This document shows, in pieces, positions 41,107-50,568 of a stretch of DNA of 64,000 nt. The notes below the pieces were generated by a model. The model was given only the letters and a program-made list of their open reading frames with translations, had not been told where the DNA came from and searched no databases. The stretch comes from Nanobdellota archaeon. GTDB lineage: Archaea > Nanobdellota > Nanobdellia > Pacearchaeales > GW2011-AR1. The DNA lies in NCBI GenBank assembly GCA_049324275.1, contig JBMOLG010000006.1, forward strand, positions 54,056 to 118,055, given 5' to 3'. Numbering within the stretch: position 1 is the first letter of the stretch; each line of letters begins with the position of its first letter. The translations under genes were made by a program, and so were the position numbers.

Positions 41107-41688
41107 TTAAACAACTATTTCATAAACAAAATATTTGTCATAAGGAATTTCCCATGAACAGGCTTCTTTGGCAGATGCTTTTTCCATAATTTTTCTAAAA
41201 AGCCTTATAGAATTCCCGTGAGCAGATATTGCAACATTTGCATTTTCTTTTTTCATTAGTTTTATTAAATTTTTAATAAATTTTCTAACCCTTTTTTCTA
41301 CGTCTGCGAAAGACTCCCCTTTTGGTGGGCGTTTATAGAAATCCCTATGCCATTTTTCAAATTGATCATTGCTATATTTTTCAATTACCTTTTCATGATA
41401 TTTCCCTTCGAGATTCCCATAGCTTCTTTCAATCATTCTATTATCTTCTAAAATTCTTTTACATTCTGGATGATACTTTAAAACTTCATTTAGCGTATCT
41501 TTAGACCTGGATAATCTAGTTCTAATCGCAACTTCAAACTTTTTATGCTTTAACTTTTTAGCTAAAACTTTTGCTTGTTTTATTCCCAGAGGAGTTAGTT
41601 TTGAATCTTTAAATCCTGTAAAAATTTTGTTTTTATTGTAGTATGTTTGGCCATGCCTGAATAAATAAATTTTTAGCCTCTTTTTCAT
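41107..41688 (-). CDS. histidine phosphatase (phosphoglycerate mutase family)
   Basis: IYLFRHGQTYYN and SAHGNSIR match the family. Start moved to ATG 41688 (MKKRLKIY...), with ttttatat on the minus strand (plus-strand 41710-41717) about 25 nt upstream. The track ORF extends to 41883. Confidence 0.8.
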   Translation of the reverse strand: MKKRLKIYLFRHGQTYYNKNKIFTGFKDSKLTPLGIKQAKVLAKKLKHKKFEVAIRTRLSRSKDTLNEVLKYHPECKRILEDNRMIERSYGNLEGKYHEKVIEKYSNDQFEKWHRDFYKRPPKGESFADVEKRVRKFIKNLIKLMKKENANVAISAHGNSIRLFRKIMEKASAKEACSWEIPYDKYFVYEIVV

Positions 41689-41748
41689 TTTAGTATTATC
41701 AATGTCAAATATAAAAACATTTTTATATAAAAACAATTTGAAATTATC

Positions 41749-42063
41749 ATGATTGGCTGGATTATACTTGGAATATTCATCTTTCTTGCATTGATAATTT
41801 TCAGGCTCGAGCATTTTAATAAAAAGATAAAGCTTAGTTTTATCATCATAATCGGGCTTTTGATTTATATTTCTGCTTATCAAGTATTTTCAGCTCATAG
41901 AAACGAATTAGATTCCCCAAAGGGAATATTAAATGCTTTTTATGCTTATGTAGGTTATCTCGGAAATACAGCAACAAATCTTTGGGACATTCGAAGAGAT
42001 GTTGGCGGTCTTGTAGGGAATGCCATCAGATTAAAGAATGAAACGGGATTTAGGAAATCTTAG
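41749..42063 (+). CDS. small membrane protein
   Basis: Two hydrophobic helices. It does not overlap once the phosphatase start is trimmed. Confidence 0.45.
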   Translation: MIGWIILGIFIFLALIIFRLEHFNKKIKLSFIIIIGLLIYISAYQVFSAHRNELDSPKGILNAFYAYVGYLGNTATNLWDIRRDVGGLVGNAIRLKNETGFRKS

Positions 42064-42825
42064 TCATTCCCATTTTCCCTTGAATAATGGCTTCAATGGA
42101 TGTTTATCTCTTTCTAATTTTAATTCATTAAATATTTCAGCGCTTGATTCTGTTTCTTCTTTTGGATTTAGTTTTACCCCCAAATCTTCGTAAATTTTCT
42201 TCCCGGTTTCTATAAAAATTAATTCGGCATCTTGATAATCAAGAAAGTCAGGATTTAAATTATAAAATTGTTTTCCCTGAAATTTATTTTGAAGATCTTT
42301 TGTAAATTTTGCTTTTTGCTTATGCGCAAGCCCTGCCCTCATGGGAGAAGGTTTTTCAGGGTTTTTGATTGTTGTTATAAAATTCCCCTGCTGTTTTATA
42401 TTAAATTCTTTCTGAACTTCTCCTATTCTATTGGGCAATTCAAGATTATATATAAAATGCGTATGATTTTTATGAAAGACTATTGCATAGATGCCTTCAC
42501 CAGCTGGACGAGATACAGGAGTTTTTCTTTCTCCGCGTGTTTTTGTTTTGTATTTTTCTTCATGAAGTTCTCCTTCAATTTCCTTGACATGATTTGAAAC
42601 TTTGTAAACGAATGCCCAGTTTCTTCTATCCCCTTTAATTCTTGGAAGTTCCTTTTGTCCAACAATAAGCAATCGAAAACTCCTTTTTCTGAATGGCGAA
42701 AGAATCATGTAAAGCCTTGATATATCTTTGGATTTTTTAGGTGATGGCTTTTCTATCTTTGGCCTATAAAAGAAATATAAATTTCCTTTTTCTAATATCT
42801 TTACAGAATTCTTTTCTTTAGCCAT
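42064..42825 (-). CDS. conserved-looking hypothetical protein (253 aa)
   Basis: Clean ORF. The N-terminus KGNLYFFYRPKIE looks like a recurrent uncharacterised family, but I cannot name it. Confidence 0.5.
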   Translation of the reverse strand: MAKEKNSVKILEKGNLYFFYRPKIEKPSPKKSKDISRLYMILSPFRKRSFRLLIVGQKELPRIKGDRRNWAFVYKVSNHVKEIEGELHEEKYKTKTRGERKTPVSRPAGEGIYAIVFHKNHTHFIYNLELPNRIGEVQKEFNIKQQGNFITTIKNPEKPSPMRAGLAHKQKAKFTKDLQNKFQGKQFYNLNPDFLDYQDAELIFIETGKKIYEDLGVKLNPKEETESSAEIFNELKLERDKHPLKPLFKGKWE

Positions 42826-42946
42826 AAATACATTTAAGCACTTTAATTAAAATTAAAGAGTTGTCTTCAGAAAAACAATCTTTTGAATAAATCTTCTTTT
42901 TTCAGAAAGTAGTAACATTTAAAAATATTCTTTTATTCGGACTAAT

Positions 42947-44803
42947 ATGGACGGAAAAACCCCTGAAAATGAAGAGCGTTCAGTAGAACAGAACCTTGCT
43001 GAAGATTATATTCCCAAAGAGAAATTAGGGGACTTGCCGATTTCTAATAATATTCCCAAGGAATTAAAGGAAGAGATGGAGAAAACCAGGAAAGATATTG
43101 ACAAGTTTAAAGAAGAACTTTCAAAAAAATTCAAATTTATTGAAGGGCTTGGCATAATTCCTGCCCAGGCCGCACAAAAATTAGAAGAGGAATACGAGGT
43201 CCCTGAAGAAGAAGCCAAGAAAAAGTTAATTCATATTTTAATTGTAGTTCCAGAAGACAAGTTTAAAGAAATGGGGAAATTCAAGATGGAAGCCATTTCC
43301 ATTGCTAAAAATATCAATGAGAAGTTTTGGATTCATACTTTAACCCCTATCGATTTATGGAACTTATGTTTGGATTCTAAATTTGACATTGTTGAAGCAT
43401 TCGCAATGTGCTTCCCTGTTATTGATAAAGGAATTTTAGGAGCCTTAAGAGTCGCTGAAATTCATAAAACACTGGTTTTAAGAAAATTTGAAAAATATGT
43501 TACAACGTATGTTATTGCCGGTTCTTTAATCAGAGGGGAAGCAAAATCAACAAGCGATGTTGATGTGTTTATTGTTATTGATGATACTGATGTTAAAAGA
43601 ATGTCAAGATTGGAATTAAAGGAAAAAATTAGAAGCATTGTCTATTCTTTCATTCAGGAAGCAACTGCAATCGCAGGTGTTAAAAATATATTAAACGTGC
43701 AAGTTTATCTTTTAACTGAATTTTGGGACTCTGTCAAAGATGCGCATCCTGTCATGTTTACTTTTATCAGAGATGGTGTTCCTTTATATGATCGAGGGGC
43801 ATTTTTACCTTGGAAATCATTATTGAAAATGGGTAAAATAAGGCCTTCCCCTGAAGCTATTGATATGTTCATGTCTGCTGGCGATAAGCTGGAGGAAGCG
43901 ATTAACAGGAGGCTAATTGATATTGTTGTTTATGATATTTATTGGGGGGTTTTGACTTCTACTCAAGGTTTATTGATGTTATATGGCTTAGCTCCTCCAA
44001 CGCCTAAAGAAACAGTGAAATTAGTAAGAGAAACATTATGCGAAAAAGAAAAAATTTTAGAAAAAAGATATGTAGATATTTTTGAGAAAATAATCACTTA
44101 CTATAAAGATTATGAGCATGGAAAGATTAAAGAATCCTCTGGAAGTGAAATTGACAAATTTACAAAAGATTCTTTGGATTATATGAAGAGATTGAAGGAA
44201 TTAAGATTGCAAATTGAAAAAAGAGTTCAGAAAAAAAGCATTGAAGAAATATATAAGGAAGTATTTGACATGCTTGAAGCTTTATTGCGAAAAAATTCTG
44301 AAAAAGCTTTAATTGATGAATTTGAAGATAAACTTGTCAAGACCGGAAGATTTCCACAGAGATTTTTAGACGGCTTAAAGCTGATTGCGAGAACTAAGCT
44401 TGAGTTTGAAAAGCCTGAAAAAGAAGAGAAAAAGAAAAAGTCTGACAAGGAAAAAGAAATGAGCGGAAAAGAAGTGCGGGATGTTGAAAAAGCAAGAAGA
44501 TATGCCTCTGAAATTGTAACTGCTTTGATTGAATACACTCAAAGATGTGACTTCTTGTCCATGGATAGGGCAAGATTTATCTTGAAAACAAAAGATGGCA
44601 GTTCGGAAGTCTTTTTCCTGAATGATGTCTTTGTTGTCCAGAGAAATAAAATTTTAAAATTAAAAAATAACCAGTTGATGGATTCAAATACAGAAGAACT
44701 GAAAGATCAACTATTAGTTCATAAAGAGAAAGAAACTAAAATTGATTTTAGGGCATTAGACTCTTTGAAAAAAATTTTGGGTGAGTTTGAATTAATCTAT
44801 TAA
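42947..44803 (+). CDS. Pol-beta-superfamily nucleotidyltransferase domain protein (618 aa)
   Basis: GSLIRGEAKSTSDVDVFIVIDD is the minimal NTase signature. Long charged/helical regions flank it. Confidence 0.65.
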   Translation: MDGKTPENEERSVEQNLAEDYIPKEKLGDLPISNNIPKELKEEMEKTRKDIDKFKEELSKKFKFIEGLGIIPAQAAQKLEEEYEVPEEEAKKKLIHILIVVPEDKFKEMGKFKMEAISIAKNINEKFWIHTLTPIDLWNLCLDSKFDIVEAFAMCFPVIDKGILGALRVAEIHKTLVLRKFEKYVTTYVIAGSLIRGEAKSTSDVDVFIVIDDTDVKRMSRLELKEKIRSIVYSFIQEATAIAGVKNILNVQVYLLTEFWDSVKDAHPVMFTFIRDGVPLYDRGAFLPWKSLLKMGKIRPSPEAIDMFMSAGDKLEEAINRRLIDIVVYDIYWGVLTSTQGLLMLYGLAPPTPKETVKLVRETLCEKEKILEKRYVDIFEKIITYYKDYEHGKIKESSGSEIDKFTKDSLDYMKRLKELRLQIEKRVQKKSIEEIYKEVFDMLEALLRKNSEKALIDEFEDKLVKTGRFPQRFLDGLKLIARTKLEFEKPEKEEKKKKSDKEKEMSGKEVRDVEKARRYASEIVTALIEYTQRCDFLSMDRARFILKTKDGSSEVFFLNDVFVVQRNKILKLKNNQLMDSNTEELKDQLLVHKEKETKIDFRALDSLKKILGEFELIY

Positions 44804-44877
44804 TTTTTTATTTTGGATTTAAGCCATTATGCTAACTAAGTTTAACTATCTAAATGTTAATAAAAACAAGCTGTCTT

Positions 44878-45165
44878 TTATTCTATTAATTCTAAACTAT
44901 ACTCTAACATTACATTTGAATCGGGGCAAAGAACAGTTCCTTCAAATTTTTTATTTTTTGTTAACATTAATGTTCTTGCATAAGGCCAAATAGAATGAAA
45001 AGCAGAATAACATAATCCTTCTGGAGTTTTTCCATCCTCGATAATAAATTCATCTCCTATCTTGTGGTTTCGTGGACAATTATTTTTTCCATTTTTAAAA
45101 ATTCTGAAATTCAATTTTATCAATCTTGAAAAACTTTTTTGTAAATTCGACCGCTTTTTTTTCAT
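44878..45165 (-). CDS. TIGR04076-like small Cys protein
   Basis: C..NHKIGDEFIIEDGKTPEGLCYSAFHSIWPY...LCPD resembles the TIGR04076 family from memory. A TTG at 45123 would shorten the 71-nt overlap with the upstream gene. Confidence 0.4.
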   Translation of the reverse strand: MKKKRSNLQKSFSRLIKLNFRIFKNGKNNCPRNHKIGDEFIIEDGKTPEGLCYSAFHSIWPYARTLMLTKNKKFEGTVLCPDSNVMLEYSLELIE

Positions 45166-45451
45166 CGAAACTTTTGCAGGTATAAATTATCAAGGATAAA
45201 AATTTCTCGCTGGACCATACATAAACAGAAATTCCGGAATCAATTAAAGGGACGAATGCATCGTATCCCTGATTTATATCTTTTCCTTCGCCACTTGGAG
45301 AAAATATTATTGGATTTCCATACATTCTAAGGTTTAATGCTTTTGTAATCTGCTTAAAATAATCTTCAATTATTGATTTGTCGACTGAAATTTTATAAAA
45401 TCCTTCAATCAGAAGCCTTTGTCTTGTTATTTTTGGCGCGAGATTTTTCAT
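45095..45451 (-). CDS. S-adenosylmethionine decarboxylase-related (SpeH-like) protein
   Basis: Size and pattern (LLIEGF..., FSPSGEG, DSGISVYVW, IIYTCKSFD) resemble the small prokaryotic AdoMetDC fold, but the canonical ES cleavage site is not obvious. Confidence 0.35.
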   Translation of the reverse strand: MKNLAPKITRQRLLIEGFYKISVDKSIIEDYFKQITKALNLRMYGNPIIFSPSGEGKDINQGYDAFVPLIDSGISVYVWSSEKFLSLIIYTCKSFDEKKAVEFTKKFFKIDKIEFQNF

Positions 45452-45557
45452 TTTACCTTAAAATTTAATGATTTTAAATTCTTTGCTTAAATTAATGTTA
45501 ATACTCTTAAGTAATCACAAGAAAAAAATTTAAAAGTTTAAACATAGACTTTAGTTA

Positions 45558-46370
45558 ATGGAATATATTTGCTTGAAGAATTTGAGAAGAGATCTTTATA
45601 GGAGATCCCTTTTATTAAAAAAGTTTTTTCCAGAAAATTATGTTTTAATTCATGAAGCCACCCATTGGCATAATTGGTTAAATCCTGAATTTTCTGAAAA
45701 ATGGTTTAATAAATTTAAGAATCAGGGAATTCAAGACGTGTTTAATAAAGATTCAATGTGGAACCGGGAAAAATCAAGAGAAGAAGAAATATTTTTTAAG
45801 GTAATATGCTCTAAAAATAAGCCTGAAAATTTAGATGAAAAAGAAGAAATTTTTTGGAGTGAAAATGAAAAAATAAGGGACAATATTAAAGGCGAGGCTT
45901 ATGCAACTATTGAATTCAAACATATTAAATTGGAGTCATATAATATCGAAGATGCCTGTAACAGATTTTTAAGTGAAGAATTAGCTTTGGAAATTAACTC
46001 ATTACCTGAAACTTTATTTAAACCTATCAAGCATATAAAATTATGTTCTAAAATTTTTGAGCCATTTTTTACTTATACTGCAAAAGGCAATGAACATTTT
46101 TATAATATTGTTTGCGAAGATATTGCATTCACAAATGAGATCGCAACAATTACAGAATTAGTCCCTGAACAAATGCAATCGGCTATTAAAATAATAGAGA
46201 ATAGTGCTCTTATGAAGAAAAAACTTGAGCTTTTGGCTTTAAATGGTTACTTAAAAGAAAAATCTTCATCGAGATTGCTTGATGATAAATGGAGAAAAAC
46301 ATGGATGAATACAACAAAAGATTGTATTAATCTAGAACTAAGTCCATTTGAGATTGGTTTTTCAGATTAA
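45558..46370 (+). CDS. hypothetical protein (270 aa)
   Basis: Clean ORF with no motif recognised. Confidence 0.45.
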   Translation: MEYICLKNLRRDLYRRSLLLKKFFPENYVLIHEATHWHNWLNPEFSEKWFNKFKNQGIQDVFNKDSMWNREKSREEEIFFKVICSKNKPENLDEKEEIFWSENEKIRDNIKGEAYATIEFKHIKLESYNIEDACNRFLSEELALEINSLPETLFKPIKHIKLCSKIFEPFFTYTAKGNEHFYNIVCEDIAFTNEIATITELVPEQMQSAIKIIENSALMKKKLELLALNGYLKEKSSSRLLDDKWRKTWMNTTKDCINLELSPFEIGFSD

Positions 46371-47483
46371 AAATTCCTTAACCTTTCCCTTGGCTTCTTC
46401 TCTTTTCTTCTGATGCTCTTTCAGAAAGCTGTTGATTTTTTCAATCAAGATACTCTTTAATTCTCCGCTTAACAATTTTCCAGATTTATAATCATTGTAA
46501 ATCTTTTTCAACTTTTCATCATCTGGTTCGAACAGCATTCTTAAGTATTGGAATGAGACATCGATGTCGGGGTTTCCGCCTTTTTTCCTGTGCTCCTCAA
46601 TCGTATCCTGCCCTCCTGAAAATGCATATTTTTTTATTTTTTTTTCAACATCTTTTGGAGTATCTGAAAGCCAGATTGTTGATTCTGATTCAGAAGATGC
46701 AGACATTTTGCCTTCAGCGCCAATTAATGGAGGTAAAAATGAGCATTGAATTGAAGCAGGCTTATAGTATCCTAATTTAGGCAATATATCTCTCGTTAAT
46801 CTAAAATGAGGGTCCTGGTCAATAGCATGAGGAATTAGACAGGGAATATTTTTTTTCTTTAATATCGATGGCAAAAATGCAGGGACTGCCTGCATGGAGG
46901 TATAGAAAATGCTTCCTATGTTTGATTCATCTTTTAATCCAAAACTTGTTTTTACCATTGAGAATGTAATTTTTTTCGCGACTTTGCATGCTTCTTTATA
47001 CATCAAGTCTGCATTTTTTGTGTCAATGAGAAAATGTGTTTTAGATGGGTCAAAACCTACAGCGATAACATCAAGAATGTTTTCATTTAAATAATCCTGG
47101 ACTTTTTCAAAATCTAAATCTTTCTTAAATAAAAATTTTTCTTCATCCGGAAATTGAAACCATAATTCAACATTAAATTTATCCTGAAGCCATTTGCAAA
47201 ATATCCATGGAAGCAGATGCCCGATATGTATCGGTCCTGAAGGGGCTCGTCCTGTATATAAAAAAAATTTATTTCCTTTTTCATATTCATCCAACAGCCA
47301 GTTCAAGTCGCGATGGGCAAAAAAAATTTTTCTTCTAAGCATAAAGTGAACATCTTTTGCATGTTTTTTTATTCTCTCAATTGTTTTATCGTCTAATTTT
47401 GAAACGCCGAATTCTTTTATTAATTTGTCATAATCAATTTTTCCTGAAACTTCCCACGGCGTTACTTTCATCTCATTTTTCAT
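46362..47483 (-). CDS. trpS: tryptophan--tRNA ligase, archaeal/eukaryal type
   Basis: TGRAPSGPIHIGHLLPW (HIGH) and KMSAS (KMSKS) match. Start moved to ATG 47483 because ttttataaa (plus-strand 47506-47514) lies about 27 nt upstream. The track ORF extends to 47567. Confidence 0.9.
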   Translation of the reverse strand: MKNEMKVTPWEVSGKIDYDKLIKEFGVSKLDDKTIERIKKHAKDVHFMLRRKIFFAHRDLNWLLDEYEKGNKFFLYTGRAPSGPIHIGHLLPWIFCKWLQDKFNVELWFQFPDEEKFLFKKDLDFEKVQDYLNENILDVIAVGFDPSKTHFLIDTKNADLMYKEACKVAKKITFSMVKTSFGLKDESNIGSIFYTSMQAVPAFLPSILKKKNIPCLIPHAIDQDPHFRLTRDILPKLGYYKPASIQCSFLPPLIGAEGKMSASSESESTIWLSDTPKDVEKKIKKYAFSGGQDTIEEHRKKGGNPDIDVSFQYLRMLFEPDDEKLKKIYNDYKSGKLLSGELKSILIEKINSFLKEHQKKREEAKGKVKEFLI

Positions 47484-47532
47484 CTCTTTATATAGGTTCA
47501 AGATGTTTATAAAATTGTTGATTAAACAGAAA

Positions 47533-47997
47533 TTAATCCAATGGGATAATCCCTTCGAATTTTGCAAAATTAATCAGTAATTCTTTATAAGTTATGTCTT
47601 TAACAATCTTTTTATCGCCATTATTATATCCCATACTATTTACTAAATATTCAATTGCAAACCTTGAGCTTAAATCCTGGTTTGCCCCGAGGTTTCTTAT
47701 TGTCTTATAGATTTTCAATGCCTGGATTTCAGATCTTTGCATATCTCTTTTTTCAAAATATTGCTTAAATTGGTTAAGCTCGCTTTGTTTAATATTTAAT
47801 TGAGAAATTTCTTTTTTTCCTAAGACTATAGCCATTACATTTTCAGAATATTGTGATAAAATCTTCGACATGTTAAAAAGTTCTTGTTGTGCAAGCGGTT
47901 TGTAATCATGTTTATCTTTAACTGATTTAGAGTCTCCGGTATAGCACAAATATTTTTTGAAATCTTTTCTTCCATTTTCTCTCTCTCCTGTCAGCAT
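47533..47997 (-). CDS. hypothetical protein (154 aa), downstream partner of the AAA+ gene
   Basis: It starts 6 nt after the stop of 48004..48684. Confidence 0.45.
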   Translation of the reverse strand: MLTGERENGRKDFKKYLCYTGDSKSVKDKHDYKPLAQQELFNMSKILSQYSENVMAIVLGKKEISQLNIKQSELNQFKQYFEKRDMQRSEIQALKIYKTIRNLGANQDLSSRFAIEYLVNSMGYNNGDKKIVKDITYKELLINFAKFEGIIPLD

Positions 47998-48003
47998 GTT
48001 AAT

Positions 48004-48684
48004 CTAATGATCTCCTGTCTTTCTATAAAGTTTAATTTCATCGTCGTAAACTTTAACGCCTCTGATTTCAAATTTTGATTTATATTCTTCTGAATCCAAA
48101 ATATCCTCTAATTTAATTCCGACATTCATCAAATTAACAGCAGACCGCAAGCATGAATTATGACTTGGCAGGCTTATATGTGATACTCTATCTGCAAATG
48201 TAGGATCTAATACAGAACGTGTTTCATTTGGATTGTAAGTATAAAATAAAAAAAACTTTGATTTTTCAGGCTCTTTTATTGCATAACCATCATCCCTTGT
48301 TAATGCTGGTTCGATAATGTTATTGAAAATCGCTTTTTGATTTTCAGGTATGATAAGGTCCCCGTCATCTACTATTAATGGCATTCCTTTTTCTCTTGCG
48401 ATTGCCAATAACCCCGACGCAAATCCACTTTTAATTTTTCCATTTCCCTGCAAAGTGGGATAGCCATGATATGTGAATGTATCCTGCCGTTGCGAGGCAT
48501 CTTTTCTAATGTAATTCAAATTTTGAATATTACAAATAAGTTGACTAAGCGTAGATTTGCCAACTCCCGCAGGCCCTCCTATTGCTACCCCTTTAATATT
48601 GCTGACCATATTCAGTAAAATTGTTTGGACTTCATCGAATCCTGTAAGTTTTCCCAGATAACTAGCAATATAATTTGTTTCCAT
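48004..48684 (-). CDS. compact MoxR/AAA_5-like AAA+ ATPase
   Basis: Walker A GPAGVGKST, Walker B PLIVDDGD and a sensor-like LDPTFADRV are present. A TATA-like box (plus-strand 48706-48713) lies about 25 nt upstream. Confidence 0.65.
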   Translation of the reverse strand: METNYIASYLGKLTGFDEVQTILLNMVSNIKGVAIGGPAGVGKSTLSQLICNIQNLNYIRKDASQRQDTFTYHGYPTLQGNGKIKSGFASGLLAIAREKGMPLIVDDGDLIIPENQKAIFNNIIEPALTRDDGYAIKEPEKSKFFLFYTYNPNETRSVLDPTFADRVSHISLPSHNSCLRSAVNLMNVGIKLEDILDSEEYKSKFEIRGVKVYDDEIKLYRKTGDH

Positions 48685-48745
48685 AATTGATTTCTAACCA
48701 AATACTATATAAATGTTACTATCCTAAAATAGCAATAAGAATAAT

Positions 48746-48753
48746 TTATAAAT
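48746..48753 (+). promoter_or_regulatory. TATA-like box (tttataaa) about 25 nt upstream of the 48774 ATG
   Basis: One of two divergent boxes in the 89-nt intergenic region. The other is plus-strand 48706-48713, serving the minus-strand AAA+ gene. Confidence 0.3.
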
Positions 48754-48773
48754 AAATTTTTATCATTAAAAAA

Positions 48774-50501
48774 ATGAAAACAACAAAACTTGAAGAGATA
48801 ATTCCTGAATTAATTAGCATGAATTATTATTTATTAGGTAGAAATGTGCCAATTATTGCTGGTGATGTGCCAAAAACTAATGGGAAAATTGTAGTTCAGC
48901 CTGAATCGATTACCTTAAATTTTCTAAAGGCAAAAAGAGTCTATTTAAGCAATCAAATTCATGAGGTTGGAGGACATATTAAAAGAGGATCTTTTTGGAT
49001 GAATCCAAATGATTATTTTAAAAAATTTGACTTCCCTGGGCTTGCAGAAGAAATTGGTTATCGCCTTGAAGAAGGAAGGGTAAATCATCAGATCGTCAAA
49101 GAAGAAAATTATCTGATAGGATCATTGCTTATTGAAGGCCAATATAAATGTTTATATGGAGATTTTAATGCAATTAAAAAAGTCGATGGTAATCTTGAAA
49201 AGTTTGCTTATTATGCATTCTTAGGAATTACCCATTGTATATGTAAACTACCCAAAAAAATATTGATAAGTAGAGATAGATTCATGAAGAAAGCGGTAAA
49301 AAGTGAGAAACTTATATCCGAAGGATTTAAGACTTATGAAGATTTAAGGAAAAAGATTGAAGAAACTTTTGATTCAATCAAAGATAAAACATTGCTTCAT
49401 TGCATTAATGCTATAAAACCTATTTATGACATTATCGCAAATGAATTTACACAAGAGGAATCATTTCAAAATAAAAATCCCTTAGAGTATGATCCAAATA
49501 CCCCGAAAATTGAGAATGAAAATGAACTGGAAAAATTATTAAAGCAATTAGAAGGATTAAATAGTCAAGATAATTTTATTGATAAAAATAAAAATATAAT
49601 TCCAGTACGAATATTTCCTGAGTGGGATTTTGAACAGGATTCTTATGCAGAAGCTATTGTAATCCCTGTAACTGACAGAAGCATTGTTAAATCATTTGAG
49701 CCGGACAAGAAATATTTTGAGAAAGGCTTTAATTCATCAGCATTAAATGTCAATCAAATAAGAAACAGAATTGAAAGAGAAACCTTTAGGCCCGGTATTT
49801 TAAATATAGATTCTATAATAAAAACTATTGCACTTTCAAAACAGAAAATTTCTTATGGAAGAGGAATTTTTGATTCAAGCGAGATTACTTCTCCGCCTAT
49901 CACTGACGTATTAATTTCTTCTACTTTGTTTGATTTTTATAAGCGAGAAAAAAAGGATTATTACATTTATTCTTTTTTAGAAGGATTGGTAAAATCTCTG
50001 GATGATAACGAAATGCGTTATGCAATAAGATTTTATTTTGGGCATAAGGATTATGAAGATGGTATAACTATCGTTAACACCGTGAAGGATTATAATGAAA
50101 ATTTTGGACAATGCCCAGGTTTTCTTTATGGTCACATGATAGAAAACATTGGGACTTCTGAATTCCCTGCAACTATTCATTATTTTAACAAAGGGAGAAG
50201 AGGCGCTGCTTTAAGACATTCATTAGAATGTTTAATTAAAGAATCTTCTAATCATTTGCAAAAAAAATATATTCTCTGTTGTGATAATGAATTATCAAAT
50301 TTTGGAAGAAAAACAACCGTGCAGACAATTCCTTTTATAGATAGACCACCGATTATTGCAAAAGCTTATATGTGGGAATATGCCGATGAAGATATTAAGA
50401 AGGCATATGAAGAAGCTGAGAATCAAGGAGTGCAGATTATTGATATAAATATGCCTGGATTTTATAGTGAATCTTGTCCGGAGGGATTTATTACCCTATA
50501 A
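48774..50501 (+). CDS. hypothetical protein with an HExxGH metallopeptidase-like motif and a degenerate VWA-like C-terminus
   Basis: TNGKIVVQPE...QIHEVGGH is DUF2201_N-like. The C-terminus (DVLISSTL, YAIRFYFGH, YILCCDNELSNFG) looks like a VWA fold with an eroded MIDAS motif. The assignment is memory-based. Confidence 0.35.
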   Translation: MKTTKLEEIIPELISMNYYLLGRNVPIIAGDVPKTNGKIVVQPESITLNFLKAKRVYLSNQIHEVGGHIKRGSFWMNPNDYFKKFDFPGLAEEIGYRLEEGRVNHQIVKEENYLIGSLLIEGQYKCLYGDFNAIKKVDGNLEKFAYYAFLGITHCICKLPKKILISRDRFMKKAVKSEKLISEGFKTYEDLRKKIEETFDSIKDKTLLHCINAIKPIYDIIANEFTQEESFQNKNPLEYDPNTPKIENENELEKLLKQLEGLNSQDNFIDKNKNIIPVRIFPEWDFEQDSYAEAIVIPVTDRSIVKSFEPDKKYFEKGFNSSALNVNQIRNRIERETFRPGILNIDSIIKTIALSKQKISYGRGIFDSSEITSPPITDVLISSTLFDFYKREKKDYYIYSFLEGLVKSLDDNEMRYAIRFYFGHKDYEDGITIVNTVKDYNENFGQCPGFLYGHMIENIGTSEFPATIHYFNKGRRGAALRHSLECLIKESSNHLQKKYILCCDNELSNFGRKTTVQTIPFIDRPPIIAKAYMWEYADEDIKKAYEEAENQGVQIIDINMPGFYSESCPEGFITL

Positions 50502-50568
50502 CATTTAACTAAAAAATGTAAAAATCCAGCACTGAAATATTTAAATACTAAAAAAATTAGATAAGAAC

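Noticed and set aside
43400-43470. HEPN-like Rx4H (RVAEIH) in the 618-aa nucleotidyltransferase protein, suggesting an NTase-HEPN toxin-antitoxin fusion
   Set aside because: The motif lies N-terminal to the NTase core rather than in a C-terminal helical HEPN position. A short Rx4H occurs easily by chance.
47995-48006. In-frame TAG between the AAA+ gene and the downstream 154-aa gene, considered as a second readthrough candidate
   Set aside because: Only two sense codons separate the TAG from a normal ATG. Same-frame adjacency happens by chance one time in three, so this is ordinary gene packing.
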